Source: Eledone cirrhosa
Taxonomy: Eukaryota
DNA length: 64,000 nucleotides
NCBI GenBank assembly: GCA_964016885.1
Contig: CAXHJY010001325.1
Location: 1 to 64,000 of the forward strand
Reading direction: 5' to 3'
Part shown: piece after piece, positions 12,985-27,170 of the stretch
Position numbering within the stretch: position 1 is the first letter of the stretch
Layout: each line of letters starts with the position of its first letter
Made by a program: the position numbers and the translations under genes
Notes under the pieces: model-generated
What the model was told of the DNA's origin: nothing
Database searches by the model: none
The model's input: the letters and a program-made list of their open reading frames with translations, nothing else

Positions 12985-14257
12985 GTAGGAGGTGAGTTTT
13001 ATTGTACAATAAAGCAATGCAGATATCGGATAAGAACCACTCTACAGTTTGTGGGACTGGAGTATACATAATATATAAGAACAAAAGATGGTTAAAGGAG
13101 TTCCATGTATTTTATTATGCGCATTTCAAAAACAAATATCATCATGCAATAATATTTGTGTTTTCATCAGATAAAACAGGAGGACATGATATGAAGGCTA
13201 AAAAACACTTGTGGATAGTTTAGTTTTAAATCAACATATGGGAAGTAGTTTTAGATTGATGTGTGATCTTGGAAAAAATATTTTATTTAGGGGGGGGGGG
13301 GGTGAAAAAAAGAGGAGGAGATGAGAGTGAAGGTGGAGAGGGAGGAGTATAGTGAGGAAGGATGAGATAGGAGGAGAGATGGGTGATAGAGAGAGAGAGA
13401 TAGTTTTTATAACTGAGAAAGATATATTGTTTTACATAGAGAGGTTGAAAACCGTTGGAAGATAATGAATAAATTAAAAGAATTTGAAAATTAACGAAGA
13501 GAAAAAGAGAAAAATATGTGCGAAGAAAGAGAAGGAGTTAATATGTACTGAGAATAATGAGTTAGATGATAGGGAGAAAAGAATAATGAATTGCGGATGA
13601 ATATTCTAACGTCAAAAAAAATTGTATATGTTTACGAAGGATTTTTATAAGGTGATATAGAGTAAGAATGTGTTGTATTATGTAATAATTGATTCTATGT
13701 TAGGCAAGAGTGAGAAAAGGTACAGATTAGGGGTTAGATATTAGAAGAGAAGAAAAGGAAGTGATAAATATGGGTATTATAGAAATTTGAAAATTAACAA
13801 AGAAAATTAACAAAGAGAAAAATAATGTAAAGTTAAGGTTTGTATATTGAAGGATTTGAGAAAAATAATGTAAAGTTAAGGTTTGTATATTGAAGGATTT
13901 GATAATATGTGCGAAGAAAAAGAAAATGTTAATATGTATTGAGAATAATGAGTTAGATGATAGAGAGAAAAGAATAATGAATTGAGGATGAATAATCTAG
14001 CGTAAAAAAAAATGTATATGTTTACAAAGGATTTTACAAGGTGATATAGAGTAAGAGTAATGAGTAAGCAAGTATTATAGAATGTATAATAACCTTTGAA
14101 ATAAGGTAGAAAGATGGTTATATTTTTAAAAGAAGTGTATATATATGTGCCTTTGAGAAAAAGATTCTAAATTGATAAAGAATTAAATATTAGCTAAATT
14201 CCATAAAAGATTTCACAAAGTATACAGCTAATATTCAATTGTTTATTAATTTAGAAT
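12985..14257 (-). mobile_element. Putative Penelope-like 3' region (family P2) with internal duplications
   Basis: 3' end AAACTCACCTCCTAC shared with 18483 and 38782; carries a hammerhead; ~150-bp direct repeat (13515 vs 13905) and 42-bp tandem (13817-13901); assignment beyond ~13240 is uncertain. Confidence 0.6.
13108..13178 (-). ncRNA. Minimal type I hammerhead ribozyme (P2)
   Basis: tgttttat-CTGATGA-stem II-GAAA-tgcgca (palindromic)-TA-ataaaata. Confidence 0.8.
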
Positions 14258-15894
14258 TCGTGACACCTACACGATCTCATTTGTTTCGGCCTGGATGGTG
14301 TGGCACCAACATAACTTGACATAGAAGGAGGCGGTGTGGATGGGGTGGGGTGATGGGACGGGGGTGTATTTTTTTAGAGATGCCTACTGACAGTAGTAGG
14401 TTTTACTTTGTATTTAGGTAAGGCGGGTCTTCTCTATTACTGAGTACCGCCAAAGATCTCGGTCCAGTGACATTGTCTTGGAGAGGTGTAAGTGTGTGAG
14501 GTCGGAGTTTATCAGCTCGTCCCAGGTTTTTCTGGGTCTGCCTATTCCATGGCTACCGTCTATCTTTATTGCCCTGCACTTTGTTATACAGCTATCGTCC
14601 TTCATGCGCATCACGTGTCCATACCAACGTAGCCTTCTCTCAAGTAAACAACATCTGATCCCTCTTATTTCTAATTTTTTCCTTAGTTCGTTTATGCTTT
14701 GTCGTTCACGTATATTACTATTACACATCCAGCGGAGCATGCAAGCTTCGTTTCTCTCTAGTCTGGTATATCCTCTGCACACAATGCCCAGGTCTCACTG
14801 CCATGCAACATTGCTGTTCGTATGCAGGCATCGTACAACCTGCCTTTCATTTTTAGGGAGAACCCTTTAGCGGCTAATAGTGGTATAAGCTCTCTGAACT
14901 TTTTCCAACCAGTTCTGACTCTAGCTACTGTACTTTCAGAGCACCCTCCCCCACTGCTGATTTTGTCACCCAGGTAATGGAAGCTGTCCACTATTTCTAT
15001 AGAATCCTCTGCGCAGTTGAAAGAGCTAGTATTTTGTGGGCACTTGCTGCTACTTATTGCCCCAGAACACCGGCCACATGTAAAATCTATGTTCTTAGTT
15101 AGCTTACCTGTGATCCCACTACATCTTTTATGCACCCAAACTTTGCATTTGGGACACAAAATGGAATTTCTACCTACGCCTTTCCTACACTCTGCGCATG
15201 GACACTTCCCGGAGGGGACCGCCGCCTTATTTTCTTTCTTACAAACTAGAACTTTAGTCTTAGCCAGGTTAATTTTAAGGCCTTTTGAATCTAGGCCGTG
15301 CTTCCATGTTTGGAATTTCTTCTCTAGCTCGGCCATTGATTCAGCTATGAGCGTTAGATCATCTGCGTATAGGAGTTCCCATGGGCAGCCGGTCTTGAAC
15401 TCCACTGTTATAGCCTGGAGGGCAATAATAAATAGTAGGGGGCTAAGAACAGAGCCCTGATGAACACCAACTTTTACACTAAACTCTTCACTATATTCGA
15501 ACCTTGCTGACTGTTTCTTTATACATGGCTTGTATAGCTCTCACAAGCCATTCATCAACACCTAGTTTTCTAAGAGCCCACCAGATAATGGAACGGGGGA
15601 CTCTGTCGAAGGCCTTCTCCAAGTCGACGAAAGCTAAGTATAGGGGTTTACTTTTAGCTAGGTACTTCTCCTGTAGTTGTCGTACAATGAAAAGAGCGTC
15701 TGTGGTACTTTTTCCTGACACAAACCCGAACTGCATTTCATCTAGATCAATTCGCTCTCTGATTAGTTGCGCTATTACTTTTCCCGTGACCTTCATGACC
15801 TGGTCGATTAATTTAATGCCTCTATAGTTACTCCTATCTAGGGCATCTCCTTTACCCTTATAACAGTTAACGATGATGCTGCTATGCCAGTCCT
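14258..15894 (-). mobile_element. RTE-B LINE fragment, truncated at both ends, frameshifted
   Basis: RT motifs DLEKAFD, LLYADD, FHYLG in three ORF pieces; 11-bp deletion near 15499, 1-bp deletion near 14765; tail missing. Confidence 0.92.
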
Positions 15895-16114
15895 ACATAT
15901 ATATATATATATACATACACATATATACATAAATATATATATACACACACATATATATATACACATATATATATATATACACACATATATATATATATAC
16001 ACATATATACATATATACATATATATATACACATATATATATACACATATATATATACACATATATATATATACACATATATATATACACATATATCTAT
16101 ATATATATATATAT

Positions 16115-16191
<77 letters not shown>

Positions 16192-16214
16192 TACATATAT
16201 ATATATATACATAT

Positions 16215-16336
16215 GTAGATAAATCTACCAAGAGTATACCAATTATAACACATATATGCCCTAGAAACGATCGTTAAATAGTGAACTTTTTTTGTTTAAT
16301 ATAAGGAATTGTTTGTTCATTATTTGTTTAATATTT

Positions 16337-16340
<4 letters not shown>
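16215..16340. mobile_element. P1 mini-insertion: 21-bp 3' end (-) joined to an inverted internal segment (+)
   Basis: gtagataaatctaccaagagt | ataccaatt...ctaGAAAcgatcgTTaaatagtg...aatattttat; both parts match 26290-26529. Confidence 0.8.
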
Positions 16341-16391
<51 letters not shown>

Positions 16392-16600
16392 CCCTATATA
16401 TATACAACATATATATATACATATATATATACATATATATACATATATATATATACATATATATACATATATATATACATACATACATACATACATATAT
16501 ATACATATATATATACATACATATATATATACATACATATATATATACATACATATACATATATATATATATACATACATATATATACATATATATATGT

Positions 16601-16633
<33 letters not shown>

Positions 16634-16910
16634 CATACATACATATATATACATATATATATATATATATACATACATATATATACATATATATATATAT
16701 ACATACATATATATACATATATATATATATACATACATACATATATATACATATATATATACATACATACATATATACATATATATATACATACATACAT
16801 ACATATATACATATATATATACATACATACATATATATATATACATATATATATACATACATACATATATATATATATACATATATTTATACATACATAC
16901 ATATATACAT

Positions 16911-17518
16911 GGTGGCTGCCAACTCGTTTTCGAGTACGGCCACTACTTTATATCCATGTAGGAGAACCCCTACCGAAGCGCTGAACGAGTGTGACTTTTT
17001 AGTCCAGCCAGCGACTTGAAAACTCTGGTACAAACACTACACTTGTGACAATTATTGACACATAGTGCTGGGCCCATGGTACCATGTGAGGACAAGTGCA
17101 GAGAGATCTCCAGATATAAAGCAATGCCTGTGCCGTGAAGCTTTTATAGTGAGCAAAGGCACTGCACAAAGCCAGTCCCACTCTCTTAACCAAGATGATA
17201 TTTACCAAAAAGAAGAACAAGTCAACATCATTGGATACCATCAGGGTTGCAGGTGTTATATCAGAGTTTTCCTTCTCCTAGAATTCTGCCTTGACAAAGG
17301 CTAAGGGGTCATCTCTCCCGGTGATTTTGGATGGCCATTGACTCTTAAGAGCTCCTTTGCCCTTTGACAGGTTTTGTTTTTAGTCCTGCAGGATGTCCAA
17401 AGTCACCCTCCTCACCAAGAAACCTTGGTGGGGTTGCCAGTTTAGTCGCCAACGACCCGACCATGAGACAAGTTGTACTGGGATACATGTTACCAGTAGC
17501 ACCAACTGGTGACCTGAC
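16911..17518 (-). mobile_element. NA-RTE, full length
   Basis: Near-identical to 8900-9507 with the same ends. Confidence 0.8.
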
Positions 17519-17552
17519 ATATATACATACATATATACATACATACATATAT

Positions 17553-18318
17553 CATCATCATCATCATCATCACCGTTTTACGTCCGTTCTTCCACGCTAG
17601 CATGGGTTAGACGGGTTGTCCTGTTGTGGGCAGTGTCTGGTTGGCTGACCATGCCTTGCTCATACAGGAACTGATCTGGCTTGATTTCTACAGCTGGATG
17701 CCCTTCCTAACACCAACCTCATTTACAGTGAGTGCTGGGTGCTTTTTCGTGGCGCCTACATGTCCACTTTACAGTGTGGGCTGGGTGCTTTTTTGCCGTG
17801 GCACCTCCACGACCACCTTACGGTGGGGGGAGTGGGGGCATATTGTTTATATGCTTCAGCATGTACCCATGGGAGGTCGGGTACCCTGTATTACTGCGTG
17901 ACGCCAGAAGTCACGGTCGTGTGTCATTGGCTTTGAGAGGTGTAGTTGGGTAAGGTCGGCTTTTATCACCTCATCCCAAGTCATCTTGGGTCTCCCCACT
18001 CCGCGGTTTCCATCAACTTCTAGTACTCTGCACCTTTTTATGCAGCTGTCATCCTTCATACGCATCACATGTCCATACCAGCGTAACCGCCTCTCCTGCA
18101 CGCAGCATTTGATTCCTCTTATGCTCAGTCTCTCTCTCAATTCCTTTATGCTTTGTCGTTCACGTATATTACTGTTACACATCCATCGGAGCATGCAGGC
18201 TTCGTTTCTCTCTAATCTACGTAAGTCTTCCACCTTCAGCGCCCAGGTCTCACTACCATGCAACATCGCTGTTCGGATACACGCATCATACAGTCTGCCT
18301 TTCATTCTGAGGGAGAAG
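17553..18318 (-). mobile_element. RTE-A LINE, 5'-truncated
   Basis: [13 protein letters not shown]...PPMGTC*, 3' UTR and (GAT)n tail. Confidence 0.93.
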
Positions 18319-18482
18319 ATACATATGTATATACATACATACATATATATATATACATATATATATACACATATATATATACATACATACATATATATAT
18401 ATACATATATATATACATACATACATATATATATACATACATACATATATATATATACATATATATATACATACATACATAT

Positions 18483-18713
18483 GTAGGAGGTGAGTTTTAT
18501 TGTAGTACAATAAAGCAATGCAGATATCGGATAAGAAGCACTCTACAGTTTGTAGGACTGGAGTATACTCCACAAGTGTTTTTTAGCCTTCATATCACGT
18601 TCTCCTGTTTTATCTGATGAAAACACAAATATTATTGCATGATGATGTTTGTTTTTGAAATGCGCATAATAAAATACATGGAACTCCTTTAACCATCTTT
18701 TGATCTTATATTA
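18483..18713. mobile_element. P2 insertion with a precise internal inversion
   Basis: 18483-18568 is the 3' end (-); 18569-18713 is the adjacent upstream segment (+); compare the colinear copy at 38535-38782. Confidence 0.8.
18606..18676 (+). ncRNA. Minimal type I hammerhead ribozyme (P2)
   Basis: tgttttat-CTGATGA-aaacacaaatatt...gatgtttgttttt-GAAA-tgcgca-TA-ataaaata. Confidence 0.82.
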
Positions 18714-18739
18714 CATACATACATATATATATATATACA

Positions 18740-18771
<32 letters not shown>

Positions 18772-18850
18772 CATATATATATATACATATATATATACAT
18801 ATATATATACATATATATATATACATATATATATATACATATATATATAT

Positions 18851-19161
18851 ATGACGCAAGACAAATTCAAAATGCGTTATTACTCATATGTCGCATCCTT
18901 TCGACATCCAGAAAAAAGATTTACAACAGCTCTGGCTAGCAGAATTTGGGATTTGAAAGACCAAGGCATCCAATATAAATTGGATTGGTCAATTTTGAAC
19001 CAATCTAAAGAATATGCAAGAGGAACAAGAAAATGCACGCTCTGCATAAATGAAAAATATTTAATTTTGCAAAATCTTAAATCACCAAAGACCTGCCTGA
19101 ACACAAAGACGGAAATTTTCACCAGTTGCCCACACATGAAATCACACCTGCTTTCCAGCTC
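18851..19161 (+). pseudogene. C-terminal part of a PLE-type GIY-YIG endonuclease (family P3)
   Basis: [12 protein letters not shown]...LASRIWDLK...WSIL...[11 protein letters not shown]...LNTKTEI..CPH; TA tracts on both sides. Confidence 0.75.
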
Positions 19162-19187
19162 ATATATATATATACATATATATATAT

Positions 19188-19230
<43 letters not shown>

Positions 19231-19315
19231 TATAAATCTACATATATATATATATACATATATATATATCTACATATATATATCTACATATATATATACA
19301 TATATATATATACAT

Positions 19316-19496
19316 ATTTTCGTTGCTATGGCAATGCGGCTGGACTGCCGATCACTATATTTGATTTGCAAAGCTGTCTAAACGTATTGTTATTACTCTG
19401 GGGTACTATTCCCTATTGAGTGCTAAAGCTACATCCCGAATTTGCATTCGTTAGCTTGGCTGCAACCTAAAGCTTCGTTAATGCTGTACTAAAATT

Positions 19497-19497
<1 letters not shown>
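19316..19497 (+). mobile_element. P3-type 3' terminal segment
   Basis: Diverged homologue of 19790-19945 (gctgtctaa, tgttattactctg, gcttggct, aagcttc, tactaaa). Confidence 0.6.
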
Positions 19498-19542
<45 letters not shown>

Positions 19543-19545
<3 letters not shown>

Positions 19546-19950
19546 GAAAAAGCACGTGATAGTTGAGGCATTAGCCACTGCTAACAAGAGTGGCTTACTC
19601 CTTCATACCACACCGGGTCAAGGCACAGAACAGAAACCTGTTGATAACATGAATCCTCAGTTCGGTCTTCAAACACCAAAAACTTGCATACTTGATTTTG
19701 GATTCATAGAAACCTATTGGAGAAACGACGATCTGCCTCCAAGATGGTCCAGGTTTGTTTATTAACCTGTTGGTTTTTTCATTGCTTCGGTGTCGTGGCT
19801 AGGCTTGACTGCCACAGGTTTCAATTTGTGATGCTGTCTAACGAATGTTATTACTCTGAGATTCCTCATGGAGAGCTTGGCTTCATAATTCCTGATAGTA
19901 TCTCGTTGGCTTGGCTACAGCCGAAGCTTCAATTTTACTAAACTTCCATT
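19543..19950 (+). mobile_element. Non-coding hammerhead-bearing island (P3-related terminal repeat)
   Basis: Flanked by TA tracts; contains a full hammerhead; 3' part homologous to 19316-19497. Confidence 0.65.
19634..19756 (+). ncRNA. Type I hammerhead ribozyme, U3-A8 core variant, long stems II and III
   Basis: aaacctg-TTGATAA-c.atgaatcc...ggattcat.a-GAAA-cc.ta.ttggag...ctccaa.gat.gg-TC-caggttt; GUC site at 19747-19749. Confidence 0.82.
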
Positions 19951-20039
19951 TGTATATATATATATTTATATATCACAGCACGCCATTTTTCATTCCTATA
20001 TATATACATATATATACACACACATAAATATATAAACAC

Positions 20040-20100
<61 letters not shown>

Positions 20101-20264
20101 TTTATATGCACACACACACACATACAGACACACATATATACATACACATATATATATACATACATACACACACACACACACATATATATCTATGTATATA
20201 TATCTACGTATATATATATATATATACATATATACAAATATATGTCTATATTTGTATTACAAAT

Positions 20265-23170
20265 TTTTCTGGGTGGGAAATAACAATGGGCTGCAGGTAG
20301 TAGATATGTTGGTAGATAAGGTAATCTCTGTAGATGGAGTAAACGCGAGAATAATTAAACTCAGACTAGTCCTAAATAGAACAATGGCTACAATTATATC
20401 TACATAGACACCCCAATTTGGGTTGTCAGACGAACTGAAAAATAGGTTTTACAAATCCTTAATGCACACTACTGCACAAACGAATGACAGTGACTTCCTA
20501 ATCATCATGAGGGATTTTAATGGACACATTGGGAAACACTGTGATGGCTTCTACAGAGTCCATGGAGGCTACAGGTTTGGCACAAGAAATGAAGAAGGTT
20601 TCAGGTTCCTAGAATTCTGCGACACCAATGACCTATCGATAATTAACACAAACTTCTAAAAACACAACAACCACCTGATCACCTATAGATCTGGTGAACA
20701 TGCTAGTTAGATAGATTTTATCCTTACCAGGGGACAAGATAGAATGACAGGGGTAAACATGAAATCCTTCCCTGGTCAGAAATGCACCTCCCATCATAAC
20801 CTAGTAGTTAGCAATTTCATTGTCTGAGCTAGATGAACTTGGAGACTGAGGGCAACCTGGAGGAGAAGAATATGGAAGTTGAAAGAGCCCTCAGCCAGTA
20901 ACAAATTTAGTGATATTTTGCTCAACACCTATAACAGTAAAGAAGAACAGATAGAGAAGAGTATTGGGATACAGAAGAGTATTGGGATTTCCTGAAAGAT
21001 AATCAACTGAAGGTGACAGACGAGATCTGTGGATAGAGCAGGGATACACAGAGAAGGAGAATGACTTGGTAGATGAGACAATTAAGGCCAAGAGACGGGC
21101 ATGGAAAAATAGAAGAATGGGGGAAACAGGGTACACTACATAGAGGCCAGGAGGGAAGCTATGTGATCAGTATACTTTGCAAGGAGGAAAGCATGTTTTG
21201 CAGTGTGAAGACAAGAAACAGGAGGTGTTTGGGATTGTGAGGAAGTGTATTAGGGAAAATTGTGATATCATTGGAGAGAAGTATGTCTGTGATGATAAAG
21301 ATGCACTTGCTCTCACAGACGTGGGAAAGAAAATAGCATGGAAGAGCCATTATTAAAGATTACTGGATGAGGAGAATGCATGGGAGAAGGAGAGTTTACT
21401 CCAGGTGTATCCAACAGAGGGCCCAGCAGTGTAGTAAGGCAATTGAGGATATGAAAACTGGGAAAGCAGCCAAACCATTGGGGATAGTTGCTGAGATGCT
21501 GAAACCAACCGGGTCAGTAGGTCACACCTTCACTACAAGTATTGTAAACCAAGTAATACTAGATGGTGTCATACCAAATGATTGGTGCAGCAGCATCATT
21601 GTCAATGGCTACAAGGGTAAAGGAGATGCACTAGATAGAGGAAATTATAGAGGCATCAAGTTGATGGACCAGGTCATGAAAGTGACAGTCATAGCACAGC
21701 TGATTAGGGATCAGGTTAATCTACATGAGATGCAGTTCGGATATGTGCCAGGTAAAAGCCCCACAGATGTTCTTTTCCTGGTGAAGCAGCTACAGGAGAA
21801 ATACATAGCTAAAAGTAAGCGACTCTACCTGGCATTTGTTGATTTGGAGAGGCTTTTGACAGTCCCCCCGGGTCATAATACGGTGGGCTCTTAGAAAACT
21901 AGGAGTAGATGAGTGGCTTGTGAAGGTTGTACAAGCCATGTATAGGGAAGCAGTCAGCAAAGTTAGGATTAACAACTATAACGAAGAATTTAGTGTGTAG
22001 GTTGGCATCCACCAGGGCTCTGTTCTTAGCCCTCTCCTGTTTATTATCATACTGAAAGCCTAGAAATAAAGGGTCTTAAAGTCAACCTGACAAAAATTAA
22101 GGTCCTAGTAAGTAGAAATAAAAACAGACCCCTGATCGCTTCAGGAAAATGCCCATTCTCAGTGTGTAAGAAAAGTGTTGGTAGAAATTCCATCCTCTGT
22201 CCCAAATGCAAACTATAGATACACAAGAGATGTAGTTGGTTTTCAGGTAGTCTAGCTAAGAATGCAGGTTTTACATGTAGCCATTGCACAGACACAGTAA
22301 ACAGCAAACGACTACAGGAAAAAGCGCTATCAAATTCTGGGAAGGTTCGGTAGAAACAGTAGACAACTTCTGCTACCTGGGTGACCAAATTAACAGCAGA
22401 GGTGGGTGTTCCTAAAATACAGTAGCCAGAGTGAGAACAGGATGGAAGAAGTTCAGGGAACTATTACCACTGCTAGCTACAAAAGGCTTTTCCCTCAAAA
22501 TGAGAGGCAGATTTTATGATGCGTGCATATGAACAACAATGTTGCATGGCAGTGAGACCTGAGTACTGCATGCAGAAGACTTGCAAAGATTGCAAAGAAA
22601 TGAAGCTAACAAGCTCCTATGGATGTGTAATAGTAATATACATGAACAGTAAATCATAAACAGAGAGAAACTAGGCATAAAAGGAATCAGATGCAGTGTG
22701 CAAGAGAGGAGATTATGTTGGTATGGACATGAGATGTATATGAAGGATGACAATGACATAAAAAGATGCAGAGCGCTGAAAATGAAGCTGTGGAATGGGA
22801 AGACCCAGGAAGACTTGGGATGAAGTGATAAAAGCTGACCTTGCCCAACTGCACCTCTGAAAAGCAATGACATAAGACCAAGATCTCTGGCTTTACGCAG
22901 TAATACAGAAAACCCACCTTACCATGATCACAGGCGGAAGCATAAATATGTAGCATATACCACTTTCACCTCCACCCCACCCCACTCTTCTATACACCTC
23001 CCAATATAACAGGCTGAAGCATACATCTACTGTGCTCTACCCAACCCCCTTCTGTTACCTCCCACGTTCTAACACTGCCCTGCACACACACCCAAATACC
23101 CACCTCCCCAATCCACCACACACTTCTCCCACCAAAACCACCAGCCCACACTGTAAAGTGGTTATAATGG
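20265..23170 (+). mobile_element. Old, degenerate RTE LINE including the APE endonuclease and RT
   Basis: RIIKLRL, DFNGHIG, GTRNEEG, INTNF, NYRGIKLMDQVMK, AFVDLE; many stops and frameshifts; RTE-A/B-like 3' UTR. Confidence 0.88.
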
Positions 23171-23194
23171 CGATACGACAAAAAGTGCCCATTC

Positions 23195-23409
23195 CTGGGT
23201 GCTTTTTGCCGTGGCACCTCCACGACCACTTTGCAGTGGAATGATAGGGACCCCAGTCCTATCATCTCATTTCTACAGCTGAGTAAACTGGAGCAATGTG
23301 AAATAAAGTGTCTTGCTCAAGGAAACAACATATCACTCGGTCCGAGAATTGAACTCACAACCTTTCAATTGCAAGCCCAATGCTCTAACCACTAAGTCAT
23401 GTGCCTTCA
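23195..23409 (-). mobile_element. tRNA-derived SINE, 3'-truncated (same family as 1338-1682)
   Basis: Alignable to 1468-1682. Confidence 0.85.
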
Positions 23410-23827
23410 CAAAAGTTACGTTATGCATCGGCCAAGATATATATATATTTAGAATAAGTCGTTTTCAAATACGAAAACAGATGAAGGTTTGTGAAGAAGT
23501 TATTACAGCTCAAAATATGAGATTCATTACAGTAAACTCTTCAGAAGACTACATACAAGATTTAATTGTATGAACTCCTATGTTTCAAATGCTTAAGTAA
23601 ACTCATAGAGCAAATATTACATTGAAAATAAGACCAAATACTGTTAATTATATCATATTTTAATTAATGCATGATTCTTCCATCTCACAGGATATATAAT
23701 TAATTATTAGTTATGATCGAATTATTGGATTCATCAGAATTGGGATTCATAAAAAAAAATACTAGAAAGATTATTACCCCTACGAATCATTTCGTATATG
23801 TATTTACATTACCAGTAAAATATAAGA

Positions 23828-24323
23828 TATATTAAACTTAAGCCCAAATCTCTATTTGGAGATAGGGGATATAAGCTAGATAGACAAAAATAAGTTGGTT
23901 TTACTCATAGAGTTCCCTAAACATGGTTTCTGGAATTTAAAAAACATTAGATTAATTAACTGCTCCATAATTGTTGAGGTGATTTAGATGGTTTTGGCTG
24001 CTATTTCCAGCATCAATATAATCCATCGTGTTGTCCTAATACATTGAATGGGATATGTTCATATAGAAATTCAGCAACATGGCTTATTGGACACCATGTG
24101 GTTCAGCAACGACATGGAATGAATGATATGTATTCAACTTCTTCCCTTATTCCAAAGAATTCTCCTCCCAATGAAGGAACTGTAATTCTTCCAATATTGG
24201 TTATTTCAATGTTGTATTTTCAGTTCCAGAAAGCATGAGTAAACTCTATGAGTGAAACCAACTTATTTTAGTTGGTCTAGCTCATATCCCACCCAATTGA
24301 GATCTTCGCTTATCTTTAATATA
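23828..24323. mobile_element. Degenerate MITE-like element with ~105-bp inverted repeats
   Basis: aagctaga..aaaataagttggttttactcatagagtt..catggtttctggaa is inverted as ttccagaaagcatg..aactctatgagtgaaaccaacttatttt..tctagct. Confidence 0.6.
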
Positions 24324-24445
24324 TTTTATTACTTCTCTCAGTAGATAATTTATCAATATATCTTATCATTTCACTAAGATATCTAAGTATTAGAGACAGT
24401 TAACTATATCAATTAATACATATATATATACACACTCATATATAT

Positions 24446-25025
24446 CATCATCATCATCATCATCATCATCAACGTTTAACGTCCGTGTTCCACGCTTGCA
24501 TGGGTTTGGACGGGGGTAGTCCCACTTGAGGCAAGAGTGATTGTCTTGCTCGCATAGGACTGTCTGGCAGGTTTTCTACAGTTGGATGCCCTTCCTAACA
24601 CCAACCACATTTACAGTGTGGGTCTGGGAGGTTTTTACCGTGTTGCCTACACGGCCACATTACAGCGTGGACTGTGTGTTTTTTTGTCGTGACACCTACA
24701 CGATCTCATTTGTTTCGGCCTCGATGGCGCGGCACCAACATAACTTTACATAGAACGGGGTGGTGTGGATCGGGTGGGGGTGGTGGTGGTGGGACGGGGT
24801 GTATTTTGTTAGAGATGCCTACTGGCTGGAGTAGGTTTTACTATATATTTAGGTAAGGCGGGTCTTCTCTGTTACTGAGTACCGCCAAAGGTCTCGGTCC
24901 AGTGACATTGTCTTGGAGAGGTGTAAGTGTGTGATGTCGGAGTTTATCAGCTCGTCCCAGGTTTTTCTAGGTCTGCCTATTCCGTGACTACCGTCTATCT
25001 TTATTGCCCTGCACTTTGTTATACA
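24446..25025 (-). mobile_element. RTE-B LINE, 5'-truncated
   Basis: [12 protein letters not shown]...EKTRLT*; 3' UTR as at 6448; break at TATACA microhomology. Confidence 0.92.
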
Positions 25026-25033
25026 TATATATG

Positions 25034-25086
<53 letters not shown>

Positions 25087-25119
25087 TATATATATATACA
25101 CACATATATATATATATAT

Positions 25120-25156
<37 letters not shown>

Positions 25157-25192
25157 GAAACACACAGATACATGCGGACACACACATATATA

Positions 25193-25757
25193 CATGAATG
25201 CATCCGCACCCAACTGTGAGTTAAGGGTGCCAACTTCACCGATGTTGCTCAATGAATGACTGGGACAGACCAATTCAGTTTGAACCAGACTGAACCAGTA
25301 TCAGAGTTAAAATACATTATGAAGAGAAATATATTAATAACTCCCTCTGGTCGAGCAATCTTTGAAGTGTGGGGACAACTGGAAAGCTTCCATTACTCAT
25401 ACTTCTCGCCTTCTTCACTACCTCTTCTACGGCCTCGATATGAATACCCCCTCCGCCTCCGTGGTATTTTCTTCGTGGTTATAAGAGGCTTAGCTCTGTT
25501 TCTCGACCGTTATATCGCGTGACTATCTCCCCCTCCGCCTTTTGGGATTCTTTCTCACGTCGTGTAGACGCGTTCTTGAGACTAGTAAAATGAGGTATCC
25601 TCTTGATAAGTTGGTAGACCTCGCAAGGACTCTATATCTTTGATATATTGTTTTTGTTTATGCCACGAAACTACGTAGTCGAGGAATTTAGGAGCAGTTT
25701 AGGTATGATACATTTTATTACTAATTATATCTAAATGTTTCTTCTCTCTTCATAATG
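25193..25757 (+). mobile_element. Non-coding hammerhead-bearing island
   Basis: Flanked by TA tracts; short motifs resemble 50663-51339 (taactc..tggtYgagca; gtgact..ctcc..cct). Confidence 0.55.
25598..25685 (+). ncRNA. Type I hammerhead ribozyme, U3-A8 core variant
   Basis: tcctc-TTGATAA-gttggtagac...gtttatgccac-GAAA-ctacgtag (palindromic)-TC-gagga. Confidence 0.78.
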
Positions 25758-25789
<32 letters not shown>

Positions 25790-25860
25790 TATATATATAT
25801 ATATATACACACATATATATATATATATATACACACATATATATATATATATATACACAC

Positions 25861-25917
<57 letters not shown>

Positions 25918-25936
25918 TATATATATATATACACAC

Positions 25937-26770
<834 letters not shown>

Positions 26771-26795
26771 TATATAGATATATATATATATATAT

Positions 26796-26978
<183 letters not shown>

Positions 26979-27170
26979 ATACATAGTGTATACATACATA
27001 TATACACACACACACACACACATGTATACATACATATATCCATACACACACATATGTATACATACATATATCCATACACACACACATATGTATACATACC
27101 TATATCCATACACACACAAACATACATGTATGTATACATACATATATCCATACACACACATATTATATAT

